DNA of 64,000 nucleotides, from the NCBI GenBank assembly GCA_043753995.1, contig JAYUVP010000304.1, forward strand, positions 348 through 64,347, given 5' to 3'. The translations under genes were made by a program, and so were the position numbers. Shown here in pieces: positions 20,049-30,023 of the stretch. Numbering within the stretch: the first letter of the stretch is position 1; each line of letters opens with the position of its first letter. The DNA comes from Fibrobacterota bacterium (lineage in GTDB: Bacteria > Fibrobacterota > Fibrobacteria > UBA11236). The notes below the pieces were generated by a model. The model saw nothing but the letters and a program-made list of their open reading frames with translations. It had not been told where the DNA came from and made no database searches.

Positions 20049-22631
20049 GTGAATCGCAGTCAATCATGGGGCAATCGGAATGGCATGAAATGGTGGTCGG
20101 CACTTTGTCTTGCTGCAGCGGTGACCGCAGGGGCAGATGGATTGTTGACGCCGCTTTTTCCGGTCTATGACGGAGTGAATGATCGGCATCCCGAATGGGG
20201 TTGGCAACGTAACTTGGAGATTCAGCATCATCAAAAATATCCAGTGCTTACCTATATCACATTTGCGACGGAAGGCTATGAATTGGCCAAGGCGCAAAGT
20301 GGGCTTTTGCATGTCTATGCGCAAAATGTCCGCCGGTCCGGTCGTTTGACGGTTTATCGATTGACCAAGGCGATTCCCAGGGTGCCGGATCGTTGCGTGC
20401 GTTCGCAGCAGATTTTTATCGACGGCAGTCGCCCGCTCGCCAAGGTGGAAATTTCGGTGGCCGATGAAGGCCGGCAATTTGTGATTGATTTGGGCAAGGT
20501 CTTCAGCGAGGGTCAACCATTTTACGGCCTTTGCCTAATGGGTGAAAACGGCCTTTGGGCGACGGTCGGATCCATGGAGACGGATCATCCCCCGGTGATC
20601 ATGCTTCGCTATGCTTTGCCATCCCTCGATTCCTTGGACTTCACCGAAAAGCTGAAGCAAATCAATAGCGCGACGGCCCGAGCGGATTCCGCGGCCTTGA
20701 TGGCATGGAATGCTTCGGCTTTGTCTCAGCAAGCTTCGGGCGATGCTTTCACGGCTTTGAGGCTGGCTCGCGATGCGGCGGATTCAGCGCGTATTTCCGC
20801 GGCGAAAGCGGCGGCATCGGCCTTGGCTTCCCAAGTGAGCGAAAGGGCGGCAGGGGTGTCGGCGAAGGCTTCGCAAGCGTCGGCGGACTTGGCGGAATTG
20901 GCGGCGACTAGGGCTCAGGCTTCAGCTACCTCGGCGGAAGTTTCGGCGCAGCAAGCCAATACTTCGGCGGTAGCAGCGGCGGCATCGGCGAACAATGCGG
21001 CGACATCAGCGAAAGAATCCATGAAATCGTCACAAGTATCCCAAGTGGCGGCAGAGTTATCGGCTCAATCGGCGGAGGCCTCGGCCAATTCGGCTAATTC
21101 GGCGGAGGCGTCGGCTGCCACTGCATCGGCATCGGCGACGGCGGCCACGGCTGCGGCGGAGACGGCATCGCGATCGGCCTTGGCCTCTGAGGAATCGGCC
21201 TTAAAGGCTGAAAATGCGGCCAATGCGGCGCAAGGATCCGCGAATACCGCGATACAGTCGGCGACGGAAGCCAAGGGATGGGCGTCGGCTGCGGGAGCCT
21301 CGGCAAACCTTTCTGAAAGTTCGGCGCAGGCATCCCAGGGATCAGCGGGTGAGGCGGCAAGGTCAGCGCAGGAGGCTTCTCTAGCGGCATCGCAAATTCA
21401 TGCTGATGTGGCTGCCGTGCAGGCCGCCGCTGTTTCGGCGCAAACGGCGGCAACTTCTTCGCAGTCCTCGGCCCTACAGGCGCAAAGCGCGGCCACCTCC
21501 GCGGAAGTTACCGTCACTCAGGCGTTAACCTCGGCGAATGCGATTTTGGCGCAAACCCAAGCCGCGGCCAATGGCGCGCAAGGTTCGGCTTCGCAGGCTT
21601 CGGGCTCGGCCACATCGGCGGCGAGCTCTGCCTCGCAAGCGGCAGCGGCTTTGCTGGCTATGGGTCAAATCGCGATTCAAGGGGTCATACCCAAAGGCTT
21701 TTCCTTATTGAGTGACACACGTGATACCCTGGGAGGATTTGAATGGACGGGTGGCATGCTGAGCTTCGACAGCCCCTGGCAAGATCGAACGGTGATGCCG
21801 GCCGTGCGAGGATTTGGCGCGGCGGTGACCATGGAGAATAAAGTCCATTACCTCGGCGGCTATACGGGTACGGCGCAAAAAACGCATTTTGCCTACGATA
21901 CCTTGAGTAAAACCTGGGAAACTTGGGAGCCACTGGCCACCGCTCGTTACCAGCATGTCGCGGAAGCAGTGAGCAATCAAATCATTGTGATCGGTGGAAC
22001 AATTAGTTCGGTAGCGACCCGATCGGTTGTGGCTTACGATATGGGATCGAATACGTGGAGCAGTCGCACCTCCATGCCAACGGGAAGACGGCTATGTGCT
22101 TCGGTGGTGCTGAATGATGAAATCCATGTGATCGGCGGCCTGGCTTCGGCCGTGGTGGCGACGCATGAGGCTTATAATCCGATTCTCGACACCTGGACAA
22201 CTCTGGCCCCCATGCCCACAGCTCGTCAGCAAGCCGTCGCAGGTGTGGTGGATGGCAAGATTTATGTCATTGGCGGACGCAGTAGCGTGGATTTGAGCGT
22301 GGTGGAGGTTTATGATCCGACTTCCAATTCATGGAGTACAGTCGCGGATTTGCCTTCGGCGCGGCGCGCCATGGCGATTGCCGTGGTGGGGAGAAAAATT
22401 CACGTGATGGGAGGTCTGGCAACCAAGGCACAAAGCCTGCATCAAGTGTATGACGTAGACAATGACATTTGGACCACCTTGCAGTCGGTGAATCAGGCCC
22501 GGTCTTCGGGTTCGGCTGCGGTATTTGGGAAGACGATTCTCATGATCGGTGGATATGACGGCTCAAATTATTCTAATCGCGTGGAAGAGTATTTACCAGC
22601 CTCTACTCTATATGTGATGCGAAAAAAATAG
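20049..22631 (+). CDS. Secreted Kelch-repeat protein with a long Ala/Ser-rich stalk
   Basis: Signal peptide, ~160-aa globular N-domain, ~340-aa A/S/Q-rich region, then six GG-containing Kelch repeats (YLGGY, VIGG, VIGGL, VIGGR, VMGGL, MIGGY). Confidence 0.8.
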   Translation: MNRSQSWGNRNGMKWWSALCLAAAVTAGADGLLTPLFPVYDGVNDRHPEWGWQRNLEIQHHQKYPVLTYITFATEGYELAKAQSGLLHVYAQNVRRSGRLTVYRLTKAIPRVPDRCVRSQQIFIDGSRPLAKVEISVADEGRQFVIDLGKVFSEGQPFYGLCLMGENGLWATVGSMETDHPPVIMLRYALPSLDSLDFTEKLKQINSATARADSAALMAWNASALSQQASGDAFTALRLARDAADSARISAAKAAASALASQVSERAAGVSAKASQASADLAELAATRAQASATSAEVSAQQANTSAVAAAASANNAATSAKESMKSSQVSQVAAELSAQSAEASANSANSAEASAATASASATAATAAAETASRSALASEESALKAENAANAAQGSANTAIQSATEAKGWASAAGASANLSESSAQASQGSAGEAARSAQEASLAASQIHADVAAVQAAAVSAQTAATSSQSSALQAQSAATSAEVTVTQALTSANAILAQTQAAANGAQGSASQASGSATSAASSASQAAAALLAMGQIAIQGVIPKGFSLLSDTRDTLGGFEWTGGMLSFDSPWQDRTVMPAVRGFGAAVTMENKVHYLGGYTGTAQKTHFAYDTLSKTWETWEPLATARYQHVAEAVSNQIIVIGGTISSVATRSVVAYDMGSNTWSSRTSMPTGRRLCASVVLNDEIHVIGGLASAVVATHEAYNPILDTWTTLAPMPTARQQAVAGVVDGKIYVIGGRSSVDLSVVEVYDPTSNSWSTVADLPSARRAMAIAVVGRKIHVMGGLATKAQSLHQVYDVDNDIWTTLQSVNQARSSGSAAVFGKTILMIGGYDGSNYSNRVEEYLPASTLYVMRKK

Positions 22632-22677
22632 GCTGCAAATCTTGGGGCTGGCGGGCGCCGGGGCTTAGAATAGTCGG

Positions 22678-24699
22678 GTGCCTAGCGCCAATCGCGCTCT
22701 ATTGCGCTTATTTCCAGGACCCGAAAGGGATTTCGCCGTCGGCCATGACTTGGAGGTCCGGCCCCTAGCGTCGCTATCCTCTTGGCCGGCGCGTTTTGCG
22801 GGCGCCGTTTTGGTGCTTGTGAATGCCGCCTTTGCCTGCCTTGGAACACTTTCTGTCATCAGGGGTGGGCAATTCTTATGGGACGCTCTGCCATCCCCCA
22901 ATCGATTTTGGATGGCGGAATTTTGGCTCGGCTTGGCCTTTGTCGCGGTGGGTCTTTTTTTGTTTATCGAGGCTTTTTGGCCTTGGCTATTGCGTGTGCC
23001 CGAGGAAACAAATTGGATTTCGGATGCCGATGAGGGGCCGGAAGGCCCAACTTTTTGGGTGACGCAATGGTGCCAGGAATTGGATTTTCCAGAACCCATA
23101 GCTGTAGAAACCACTTGGGACGTCAATGCCGGGCTGGATTTGATGGCTGCGGTGAATGGCAAAATACGCATCCGGGTAGGACTGCCCCTTTGGCTCGGTT
23201 TGGATGCGAACCAATTGCGCGCTGTCCTTTTTCATGAGCTGGGGCATTATACCCAGCGCAGGCGCCTTGCGGCCGTCATGCGGCACCAGGAATTGGGACG
23301 GCGAATTGAACTCGGCGCCTTATGGCCTGGCCATGCAACGTGGAAATTGTTTTTTAAATCGTGGCCTATGGTACAGGGATTGGCTCAACCCTGGTTGCGG
23401 GGACTAGAAGCGGAAGCGGATCAGTTTTCCTTGCGCCATGGCGGTGACGGCGCCTTGGCTTCGGCGATGATGCAATTGAAGGTTTTGGAACAAGCCGCGG
23501 CCCAAACCATGAGAACCGTGCAATCGTCCATGGCTTCGGGCATCGTCCCTGAGGACCTTTGCGCCTTGTTTCGTCAGGAGGCAGCGGCCTTGCTCCGTCC
23601 ATTAGCGGGAAGCCTGGATCGCAGGACTCAGGAAAGTCCGGCCAGTTTTACTCATCCCCCGATGCGCGAGCGACTAGAACGCCTTGGCGCGGTAACCCAG
23701 CAAAGTCAAAAGGACCCGACCGGACCTAGGGCGGTCTTTACCGAAAAACCCGCTTGGCAACCCGATGAAACTTTGTCTCGAACCTTAACCGAGTCTTATT
23801 ACCGACACGAACTCGGTGAGGACGCGGCCATGCTTCGTCGCGTGAGTGTGGGGGATGCGCGCTGCCGTCTCAGCCGATCGCAAGATACGCAATCCGCCCT
23901 GGAGCATTATTTCCTGGGCCTGGTACGTGACGCCGCGCCGATTCGCCCCTTGCCGCAAACTCTCGATGCCAACCGCGAATGGCTAGGGGCCATGAATGCG
24001 ATGGCGCGCTTGCCGGTGATGCGTAAAACATTATTGCTCAGGCGCGAGGATTGGGCGCTTCAACGCGATCGATGGGAAGATGCCCAACAGGCCTGCCGAT
24101 CGGTAGCTGCAGGAAACGTAACGAATGGTAAAATAGCCATGGATTCCCAGGCGCTTTTGCTCGATTTCATGGTTAAACGCGAAACGGCTTCGGCGGAATT
24201 GCGTAATGCCACCGAGCAATTGTCGGAGAGGCTGACCCTCGGGCTTTTACTTTTGGAGCATCCCGATGTCGCCAAGACTTGGCCGGAAGCCAGGCTTTGG
24301 CGCAAGGTCGCCGCAGCTTGGCGCGAAGAATTGCCTTTGATTTCCCGCTTGCTCGGCTTCCTGGAAGAAACGGCCTTTGACGTGGCACGCCTGAATGGCC
24401 TCGACGACATGGCTGCGGGTCGCAGACGGGTATGCGAAAGCGAATCGCGCCGGCAGCTTTGGCAGGCGCTTTCGCGAGCCATGAATACCCTGGAGAGAAA
24501 AACATTGAGTGACACGGATTTGCAAAAATCCATAGCCGAAGTTTTTGAACGCATGGGGTCCATGGCTTCGAATGTCCTGGTAGAGCGCATGGAGAATCTG
24601 TATACGCGGCTGTCCCAGTCTTATTTACAGGCCTTAGGCGATTTAGCCTATGCGGCGGGCAAGGCCGAACTTGCCGCCGGCCTCAAGCCCTGGGAGTAA
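22678..24699 (+). CDS. M48-family (HtpX-like) membrane zinc metallopeptidase with long helical C-terminus
   Basis: Two N-terminal TM helices, HELGH zinc motif, EAEAD and THPPMRER motifs. Confidence 0.8.
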   Translation: MPSANRALLRLFPGPERDFAVGHDLEVRPLASLSSWPARFAGAVLVLVNAAFACLGTLSVIRGGQFLWDALPSPNRFWMAEFWLGLAFVAVGLFLFIEAFWPWLLRVPEETNWISDADEGPEGPTFWVTQWCQELDFPEPIAVETTWDVNAGLDLMAAVNGKIRIRVGLPLWLGLDANQLRAVLFHELGHYTQRRRLAAVMRHQELGRRIELGALWPGHATWKLFFKSWPMVQGLAQPWLRGLEAEADQFSLRHGGDGALASAMMQLKVLEQAAAQTMRTVQSSMASGIVPEDLCALFRQEAAALLRPLAGSLDRRTQESPASFTHPPMRERLERLGAVTQQSQKDPTGPRAVFTEKPAWQPDETLSRTLTESYYRHELGEDAAMLRRVSVGDARCRLSRSQDTQSALEHYFLGLVRDAAPIRPLPQTLDANREWLGAMNAMARLPVMRKTLLLRREDWALQRDRWEDAQQACRSVAAGNVTNGKIAMDSQALLLDFMVKRETASAELRNATEQLSERLTLGLLLLEHPDVAKTWPEARLWRKVAAAWREELPLISRLLGFLEETAFDVARLNGLDDMAAGRRRVCESESRRQLWQALSRAMNTLERKTLSDTDLQKSIAEVFERMGSMASNVLVERMENLYTRLSQSYLQALGDLAYAAGKAELAAGLKPWE

Positions 24700-24738
24700 C
24701 CTTTAAGTGACGTAGCTCTGAGATTACTTCGCGGGCGT

Positions 24739-25839
24739 TTAGCGCTGCACGCGGGCGGAGCCGCCATCGACCAGGGCCTTGACTTCGGCGAGAGAGGCCA
24801 TGGAAGTGTCTCCCGGCGTGGTCATGGCGAGGGCGCCATGGGCCGCACCATATTCGATGGCAGACTGGCCATCGCCGATTTCCATGAGGCCATAGATGAA
24901 GCCCGAGGCGAAACTGTCGCCACCTCCAACCCGGTCATAGATTTCCATGTCTTGGCGCCACGTGGCTTCGTGGAATTGCCCTTTCACCCAGGCAATGGCG
25001 CCCCAGTCATTGCGCGTGGCACTGCGTACGGCGCGCAAGGTGGTAGCGACGGCCTGGAGATGGGGGAAGGCGCGCGTCACCTCACCGATCAAGGCGCGAA
25101 AGCTCGCGGTTTCAAGGTGGGATAAATCGGACGGGGTATTGGGCGGAGAAAAGCCGAGACAAGCCGTGAAATCTTCTTCATTGCCTATCAAGACATCAAT
25201 GAGAGGTGCCAGCTGGCGATTGATGGCTTGGCATTTGGCTTGGCCACCGAAACCTTGCCAAAGGCTGGGGCGATAATTGAGATCATAGCTGATAAGGGTG
25301 CCATGCCTACGTGCTGCCAGCATGGCTTCTTCGATGACGGCGGAAGTCGATTCAGATAGGCCCGCGAAGATGCCGCCGGTATGAAACCAGCGCACACCTT
25401 GTTTGCCGAAAAGATTTTCCCAATCGAAATCACCCGGTTTTAGCTGAGAGGCCGCCGTGAGTCCGCGATCCGAAACGCCGAGGGCGCCGCGCACCCCAAA
25501 ACCTCGCTCGGTGAAATTGAGGCCATTGCGTACGGTTCGGCCTATGCCGTCAAAGGGAACCCAGCGGATAAAGGAGGTATCGACACCGCCCTGCAAAATG
25601 AAATCTTCGACCAATCGCCCAATGTCATTATCGGCAAAAGACGTGGCTATCGCCGTGCGCATGCCGAAGCACCGGCGAAGGCCGCGCGCGACATTGTATT
25701 CGCCGCCGCCTTCCCAAGCCGTGAAATGCCGGGCCGTGCGCACGCGCATGTCCCCGGGATCGAGACGCAACATCACTTCGCCGAGACTTACTTGGTCGTA
25801 GCGACAGGCGCTTTTGGGTTTGATCACCAAGGCTGGCAT
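24739..25839 (-). CDS. kdgK: 2-keto-3-deoxygluconate kinase (PfkB family)
   Basis: GEVMLRL, GGGEYNVA, DLNYRPSLW, GNEED and DRVGGGDSFASG motifs. Confidence 0.85.
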   Translation of the reverse strand: MPALVIKPKSACRYDQVSLGEVMLRLDPGDMRVRTARHFTAWEGGGEYNVARGLRRCFGMRTAIATSFADNDIGRLVEDFILQGGVDTSFIRWVPFDGIGRTVRNGLNFTERGFGVRGALGVSDRGLTAASQLKPGDFDWENLFGKQGVRWFHTGGIFAGLSESTSAVIEEAMLAARRHGTLISYDLNYRPSLWQGFGGQAKCQAINRQLAPLIDVLIGNEEDFTACLGFSPPNTPSDLSHLETASFRALIGEVTRAFPHLQAVATTLRAVRSATRNDWGAIAWVKGQFHEATWRQDMEIYDRVGGGDSFASGFIYGLMEIGDGQSAIEYGAAHGALAMTTPGDTSMASLAEVKALVDGGSARVQR

Positions 25840-25881
25840 GCTTCTCTCCGTAACCGTTTATGATATACGTGTCAATTAAAA

Positions 25882-26679
25882 TTATAATCGAGGTAGGGTG
25901 AGGCCGCCGTCGACGGGTATCACCGCGCCGGTGCCATAAGGCAGACCGCCATTTGCCAAGAAGGCCGAGACTTTGCCAATATCTTCGGCCTGGCCCCAAC
26001 GCGGAGTCACCAGCAATCCGGATTCGATGAGATTGTCATATTTCTCCTTCACGCCCGCCGTCATATCGGTGGCAATTATGCCGGGCCGCACATCATAAAC
26101 GGGTATGCCGTATTCGCCTAGCCGGGCGGCAAAGAGCTGGGCCGCCATGGCTGCACCCGCCTTGCTCAAGCAATACGCGCCGCGCGCGGTGGAGACCACG
26201 GTGGCGGAAATGGAGGTGATGAAAAGTATGGAGCCTTCCCACCTTGGGTCTGCCTTTTTCTGTTCGACCATCCAGCGCGCGGCATCGCGGGTAAGAAAAA
26301 ATGGGCCCTGCAAATTGGTTTTCAGCAGTCTTTCGGCATCCGCTTCGTCCGCGTCGAGCAAGTCACCCCGTACCGTGGGCGCTACCCCGGCATTGTTCAC
26401 TAGCACGTGCAAGACCCCGAAGCGATCGCGCGCGGCGGCCAAAAGAGCCGCTCGTCCTTCCGGGGAGGCCACATCCCCGCGGCCATAGGCCACCTGGGCT
26501 CCTAGCCCGCGTAGGCTGGCAAGCACGTTGGCAATTTCGTCTTCAGGGCGTTGCCCGCCAAGCACTAAATCGAATCCTGCTTCGGCCAGGGCTTTGGCAA
26601 TGCCGAGGCCGATGCCACGCGTACCGCCAGTGATCAAGGCCACGCGACGCGTCGCCGAATTTGCCTTAGGCTTATCCAT
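25882..26679 (-). CDS. SDR-family oxidoreductase (annotated elsewhere as 3-ketoacyl-ACP reductase-like)
   Basis: TGGTRGIG, NNAG, YCLSK and VDGG motifs. Confidence 0.88.
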   Translation of the reverse strand: MDKPKANSATRRVALITGGTRGIGLGIAKALAEAGFDLVLGGQRPEDEIANVLASLRGLGAQVAYGRGDVASPEGRAALLAAARDRFGVLHVLVNNAGVAPTVRGDLLDADEADAERLLKTNLQGPFFLTRDAARWMVEQKKADPRWEGSILFITSISATVVSTARGAYCLSKAGAAMAAQLFAARLGEYGIPVYDVRPGIIATDMTAGVKEKYDNLIESGLLVTPRWGQAEDIGKVSAFLANGGLPYGTGAVIPVDGGLTLPRL

Positions 26680-28057
26680 GCGGTGTGCCCTTGCCGAAAA
26701 AGGTCAATTCGCGGCCCTCGGCCAAACGTTGCACTAGAAGGGCAAGTTCGCGCAAATGATAGTCGCCCCATTGGCAAGCTTCGCCACATGGCACGCTTTG
26801 CCCCACGGGAACATCATCCCAGCCATTGGGTCGGTGATAAACCGAATGCATAAGCAAGCCTTGATGGTTTGTATCCTCGGAGAGATAAAGCGGATCAAGC
26901 AAGCGGGCCAGTACGGTCAAGCCAGCTTGGTAAAAGCGGCTGCCTTCGGCCTGGCCTTGCCTTTGCAAGCGCCGGCCATAACGGAGTAGTCCCTGAGCGC
27001 CGATGGCGGCGGCCGAACTGTCCACGGGCTCGTGGGCATTGAATGGTTCGGCGTCGCTGCCTTGCCAATTACCTAAGGCGGTCAAACCCGGAGCGCCAGT
27101 ATCCCAATAGGGAATTCCGTCCCGCGCCGTGGCTTTTTCGAGATAAAAAGCACAGGTCACTTGTGCGGCACGTTCCAGCGGCGTGACGCAGGCGGCCTTG
27201 CCGCCAAAGGGCGCGAAGCCTTCTTCGGGCAAAACATCGAACCATTCCAGCAATTCGCTGAAACCTAACATGGCCCAAGCCAAGCCACGGGTCCAGGTGG
27301 AGAAAGGCGAATAGCCTTGCTGCGAGGAGGGGCAGCGATAACTGCCATCGACCACGTCGAAAAGGCTTTCATGGGCAGTGCGGCCAGCTACGTCATAAAT
27401 GTCCCGGCCTTCGCCGTAATAAATATTGTGATTGGCCGTGGCATGGGCATGCTGAATCACTCGCTCTAGCAAATTGTGCCTAGCGTCGCGCTCGCCCATA
27501 AGCACATGGCCTAATTGATGCGAGAGAGCCAAGGCGCGTAGCGAACGCACCGTATCGACAAAAAGCGAATGCGGACCATTGAAGCTATGAATGAAGCCGC
27601 CTTGCGGCGTGCGCGTCCAGCGTGCGGCCTGTACTGCCCCGGAGCATTTGAGGGCCAATGCATAGGCCTCACGTTCGCCGCGATCGGTCGCGAAGCGACC
27701 TTCTCCTATGAGGCGCCATAGGCCGCCATAGGTGCTGACATTATTGAAACCGTGATCGTGCACGCCAATATGGGTGACATGGGGGGCCATCACCTCAAGC
27801 GTGCGCGAGCGGCCGAGTTCCAAAAAAGATTTGTCGCCTGTAGCGTCAAATTGCAAAACGGCGGCGCCATATTGAAAGCCTTGCGTCCACTCGGTCCAGC
27901 CGCGCGCCGTGTAGCGGCCCTTGACCGTGAAAACGGGGGAGGCCGTTCCCGGGGGGCAGGTTTCTTCGAGGCTGATGATTTTAGCGCCGGAAAGCGCCCA
28001 CATTTCGGCGATACGTGGAAGCAAGTCTTTGGGCTGAAGATTGTCGCGAATTTGCAT
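26672..28057 (-). CDS. GH88/unsaturated glucuronyl hydrolase-like (alpha/alpha)6 protein
   Basis: EWTQGF, HDHGF, STWTRGLAWA, DSSAAAI and WGDY motifs. Confidence 0.75.
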   Translation of the reverse strand: MQIRDNLQPKDLLPRIAEMWALSGAKIISLEETCPPGTASPVFTVKGRYTARGWTEWTQGFQYGAAVLQFDATGDKSFLELGRSRTLEVMAPHVTHIGVHDHGFNNVSTYGGLWRLIGEGRFATDRGEREAYALALKCSGAVQAARWTRTPQGGFIHSFNGPHSLFVDTVRSLRALALSHQLGHVLMGERDARHNLLERVIQHAHATANHNIYYGEGRDIYDVAGRTAHESLFDVVDGSYRCPSSQQGYSPFSTWTRGLAWAMLGFSELLEWFDVLPEEGFAPFGGKAACVTPLERAAQVTCAFYLEKATARDGIPYWDTGAPGLTALGNWQGSDAEPFNAHEPVDSSAAAIGAQGLLRYGRRLQRQGQAEGSRFYQAGLTVLARLLDPLYLSEDTNHQGLLMHSVYHRPNGWDDVPVGQSVPCGEACQWGDYHLRELALLVQRLAEGRELTFFGKGTPHG

Positions 28058-28620
28058 CAGGCGTGACGACCTTTACGGATATGCACGATGACGATTCGGC
28101 AATCCTGCACGGCGCGATACTCATGGCTTAGCACAGCGTCGAACTCGACCGCTTCGCCTTCGCGCAAAAGGCGGCGAGATCCATTACAGGTGAATTCCAA
28201 GGTGCCTTGCAAGACCCAACAGATTTCCAAATCATTGTGATGCACTTCGGGTCGATTGACCTTGGAACCTGCGAGGGCCGATCCCACGAAGCATTGCGCA
28301 TTGGGAAAGGACACATTGTTGAATTGAAAGCCGCCCGAGGTGTATTGCTGGGCTTGGGCATGCAAAAGGCTGCGGCTTTCGGCCATGCCCAGAAGATCGG
28401 CGGCCGTCATCCCGAAGGCACGCGCCAGGCGCGCCAGAGTTTCGAGTTCGGGCAAGGCCTGATTACGTTCCAAGCGCGAGATCACGGCAGTGGAAATACC
28501 CGAGGCTTCGGCCAATTCGGTGATGGTGAGGCCCTGGGTCTTACGCAATTGCCTGAGAAGGGTAAAGTCATAAATCGGTGCAGCCGAAGTTTTGACATTG
28601 GGGGTAGGTGCAGTCGACAT
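28057..28620 (-). CDS. XRE-family regulator with C-terminal cupin
   Basis: HTH LRQLRKTQGLTITELAEASGISTAVISRLERN plus cupin (EICWVLQG, FDAVLSHEY). ATG 28620 has a GGAG RBS. Confidence 0.88.
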   Translation of the reverse strand: MSTAPTPNVKTSAAPIYDFTLLRQLRKTQGLTITELAEASGISTAVISRLERNQALPELETLARLARAFGMTAADLLGMAESRSLLHAQAQQYTSGGFQFNNVSFPNAQCFVGSALAGSKVNRPEVHHNDLEICWVLQGTLEFTCNGSRRLLREGEAVEFDAVLSHEYRAVQDCRIVIVHIRKGRHA

Positions 28621-28651
28621 GGAGGTCTCCTGTTTTAACATAGTGTGGCTT

Positions 28652-30004
28652 TCAATCGGGGAGTGGTTTGCCCTTGGTCTCAGGTGCAAACCAGATCAGC
28701 ACCAGTCCGAAAACATAGACGAGGCTCATCACGGCGCACATGCGGGCAAAATCTTCATGGAAAGAAGTGAGCAAGGCGCCGCTGGCCAGAGTGCCCATGG
28801 CGGCGAGTATGCGGCCTGCATTGAAGGCAAAGCCTGATCCCGTGGCGCGCAGCCGGGTGGGAAAAAGTTCGGGCAAATAAAGGGGGAGCCAACCATAAAA
28901 CGATGCCGTCAATCCGCCTACCAGGAAAGTCCAAAACAACATGCCCGCGCCATATTGCATGGGGATGCGGAAAAGAATGGCGCAGGCGGCTAAGGAAAGC
29001 AGAGACATGCTGAAATACAGTCCGCGACGATTGAAACGATCTGCTAGTAAACCCATAAGGAGGGTAAAGACGATGGCACCACAAGCCGAGGCTATTTGCA
29101 GAGACTCGCGGACACCGTGGGCGCCTTGAGTAAGCTTATGTCCCCAGGAGGGAATCGATTGCACCGAAGCCCAGGTGCCAAGCAAGGCCACGGCCCCAAG
29201 TAAGGCTCCGAGCAAGGTATGCTTCAGGAGGCCGCCGCGAAAGATGTCGCCGATTTTGGCTTTGACCTCGGCCTTCTCGTGCGCGCTTTTCCAGGCTTCG
29301 GATTCGGGTACGAAAATGCGGATAAAAAAGGTGAGCAAGGCAGGAAAGGCACCCAGTAAAAAAAGCAGACGCCATGCGCCATTGGCTACCAGGGCATTGG
29401 CCCACGCGCTCGGCAAAAGGGCAGAGAAAAAATCGGTCAATCCCGAAACGATACTGTTCAGACCTAGGGAAAGCAAGGCGATGAGGAGAAAGCCCACGTT
29501 GGCGGCGGCGCCAATCAAGCCAGCCATGAAGGGCCGCGATTTATTGGGAAAAACTTCCGACACCAAGGCCACGCCGAGAGCCCATTCGCCGCCCATGCCC
29601 AGGGCCGCAAGGAAACGCAAGCCACCGATTTGCCATGGGGCATTGGCGAAGGCGCAAAGTCCTGAGAAAAGCGAGTAAGCAAGTACGCTCCACATCATGG
29701 CCTTGGTACGTCCAATGCGATCGCCTAGCCAGCCGAAGACGACGCCCCCCAGGGCCGCGCCAACGAGAAAAAGAGCCGTGATGCCGGCAATCCAGGCGGG
29801 CCAACTCGCCTTGGTGGATTCCGCGCCCATCAATTCCATCATGGCGGGGCGGGCGACCAGGGGAAAGAGCCCCATTTCTAGGCCGTCGAACATCCAACCG
29901 AGTATGGCGGCAGTCAAGGCGAGGTAACGTCCCTGCGACGGTAACCGGCCGGATTCGGTGGTCGACGCAGTCGTCTTCATGGCGGGGGCTGCTTTCACGG
30001 TCAT
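28652..30004 (-). CDS. MFS transporter (MucK/aromatic- or sugar-acid-like)
   Basis: 12-TM pattern; GWLGDRIGR, GMGGEW and PELFPTRLRATG motifs. Confidence 0.9.
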   Translation of the reverse strand: MTVKAAPAMKTTASTTESGRLPSQGRYLALTAAILGWMFDGLEMGLFPLVARPAMMELMGAESTKASWPAWIAGITALFLVGAALGGVVFGWLGDRIGRTKAMMWSVLAYSLFSGLCAFANAPWQIGGLRFLAALGMGGEWALGVALVSEVFPNKSRPFMAGLIGAAANVGFLLIALLSLGLNSIVSGLTDFFSALLPSAWANALVANGAWRLLFLLGAFPALLTFFIRIFVPESEAWKSAHEKAEVKAKIGDIFRGGLLKHTLLGALLGAVALLGTWASVQSIPSWGHKLTQGAHGVRESLQIASACGAIVFTLLMGLLADRFNRRGLYFSMSLLSLAACAILFRIPMQYGAGMLFWTFLVGGLTASFYGWLPLYLPELFPTRLRATGSGFAFNAGRILAAMGTLASGALLTSFHEDFARMCAVMSLVYVFGLVLIWFAPETKGKPLPD

Positions 30005-30023
30005 GGTCTCTCCTTTTTCAGCC

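Noticed and set aside
20640-21660. Repetitive TCGGCG/GCGGC-rich DNA as a possible CRISPR or tandem repeat
   Set aside because: No fixed repeat-spacer period; explained by Ala/Ser codons of the Kelch protein stalk.
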